This document shows, piece by piece, positions 63,730-64,000 of a stretch of DNA of 64,000 nt. Both the position numbers and the translations under genes were made by a program. How positions within the stretch are numbered: the first letter of the stretch is position 1; each line of letters begins with the position of its first letter. Origin of the DNA: an uncultured delta proteobacterium (GTDB lineage Bacteria > Myxococcota_A > Polyangia > Fen-1088); contig CAWKJE010000033.1 of the NCBI GenBank assembly GCA_963849735.1, positions 1,239-65,238 of the forward strand, written 5' to 3'. Below the pieces are notes generated by a model, which saw only the letters and a list, made by a program, of their open reading frames with translations, did no database searches and was not told the DNA's origin.

Positions 63730-64000
63730 GTGGCGTCGCTATACCAGCCTACGATTCTCTGCCGCCCCTCCTTGGGGTGCGGCGAAACCCAAACGACGAG
63801 CGAAATCTACGGGAGCGGCATCGACGGACTCATTCACGTTCACCACCTATCGCCGCTCGCGACAGTTCGGCGGGCACAAAGTGTAGATCCCGTCAAAGAC
63901 CTTCGGCCGGTTTGCCCGAACTGCCATGCCGTCATTCATCATAGCAACCGAGCCCTCACCATCGAGTCGGATGCTCGTCAAGGAGGCAAGACGTGCGGCC
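63730..64000 (+). CDS. HNH endonuclease motif-containing ORF, 3' end beyond window (possibly a fragment)
   Basis: The frame-1 translation 'YGSGIDGLIHVHHLSPLATVRRAQSVDPVKDLRPVCPNCHAVIHH' is a classical HNH core. Stops at 63712 and 63724 leave only a GTG (63730) as a possible start. Confidence 0.4.
   Translation, partial: MASLYQPTILCRPSLGCGETQTTSEIYGSGIDGLIHVHHLSPLATVRRAQSVDPVKDLRPVCPNCHAVIHHSNRALTIESDARQGGKTCG

Overview
This is a 64-kb high-GC bacterial chromosomal segment. Hand counts on single sampled 60-nt lines gave about 58-65% GC in most genes and about 48-53% in parts of 52.8-62 kb. All domain calls come from motif recognition by eye; no searches were run.

Core-looking genes suggest a myxobacterium, an inference from gene content only. 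They include a Hanks-type Ser/Thr kinase, a TPR/PEGA protein, a Cys-rich-repeat plus fibro-slime protein, several Gly/Ser-repeat Cys-rich lipoproteins and a DUF1566 protein.

Block 1 (about 4.6-30.7 kb) is a defence-island-like array. In order it carries:
- an AT-hook protein
- a 1262-aa N-terminal SIR2 (DSR1-like) protein
- HU
- an unknown ~260-aa protein
- a SAM methyltransferase
- a GIY-YIG + DUF4238 gene pair
- a Type I R-M locus, hsdM-hsdS-rloC-hsdR, whose hsdR is split by a complete IS66-family element (8-bp target duplication, 28-bp inverted repeats)
- a HEPN-like gene
- a GIY-YIG-like + double-zinc-ribbon membrane gene pair
- a frameshifted CDP-archaeol-synthase-like gene
- a PD-(D/E)xK-like gene

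Block 2 (about 39.4-64 kb) looks like a decayed mobile element.
- An XRE repressor lies divergent from two tandem AIG1/Toc/GIMAP-like GTPases, one ending in a glycine-zipper anchor.
- A RavA/MoxR-like AAA+ and ViaA-like VWA pair follows, with an upstream partner gene.
- Next comes a Rad52-type annealase plus a Cas4-like exonuclease.
- About 9.7 kb of cargo follows (a 591-aa unknown, two tandem HNH nucleases, a coiled-coil 2-TM protein and others). It is bracketed by a second, degraded copy of the exonuclease 3' end.
- Lower-GC envelope genes, an IHF pseudogene and a partial HNH gene close the window.

I saw no rRNA, tRNA or CRISPR array. The most novel candidates are the GTPase pair, the RavA/ViaA trio, the twin-HNH + 591-aa cassette, and the GIY-YIG-like/zinc-ribbon pair.
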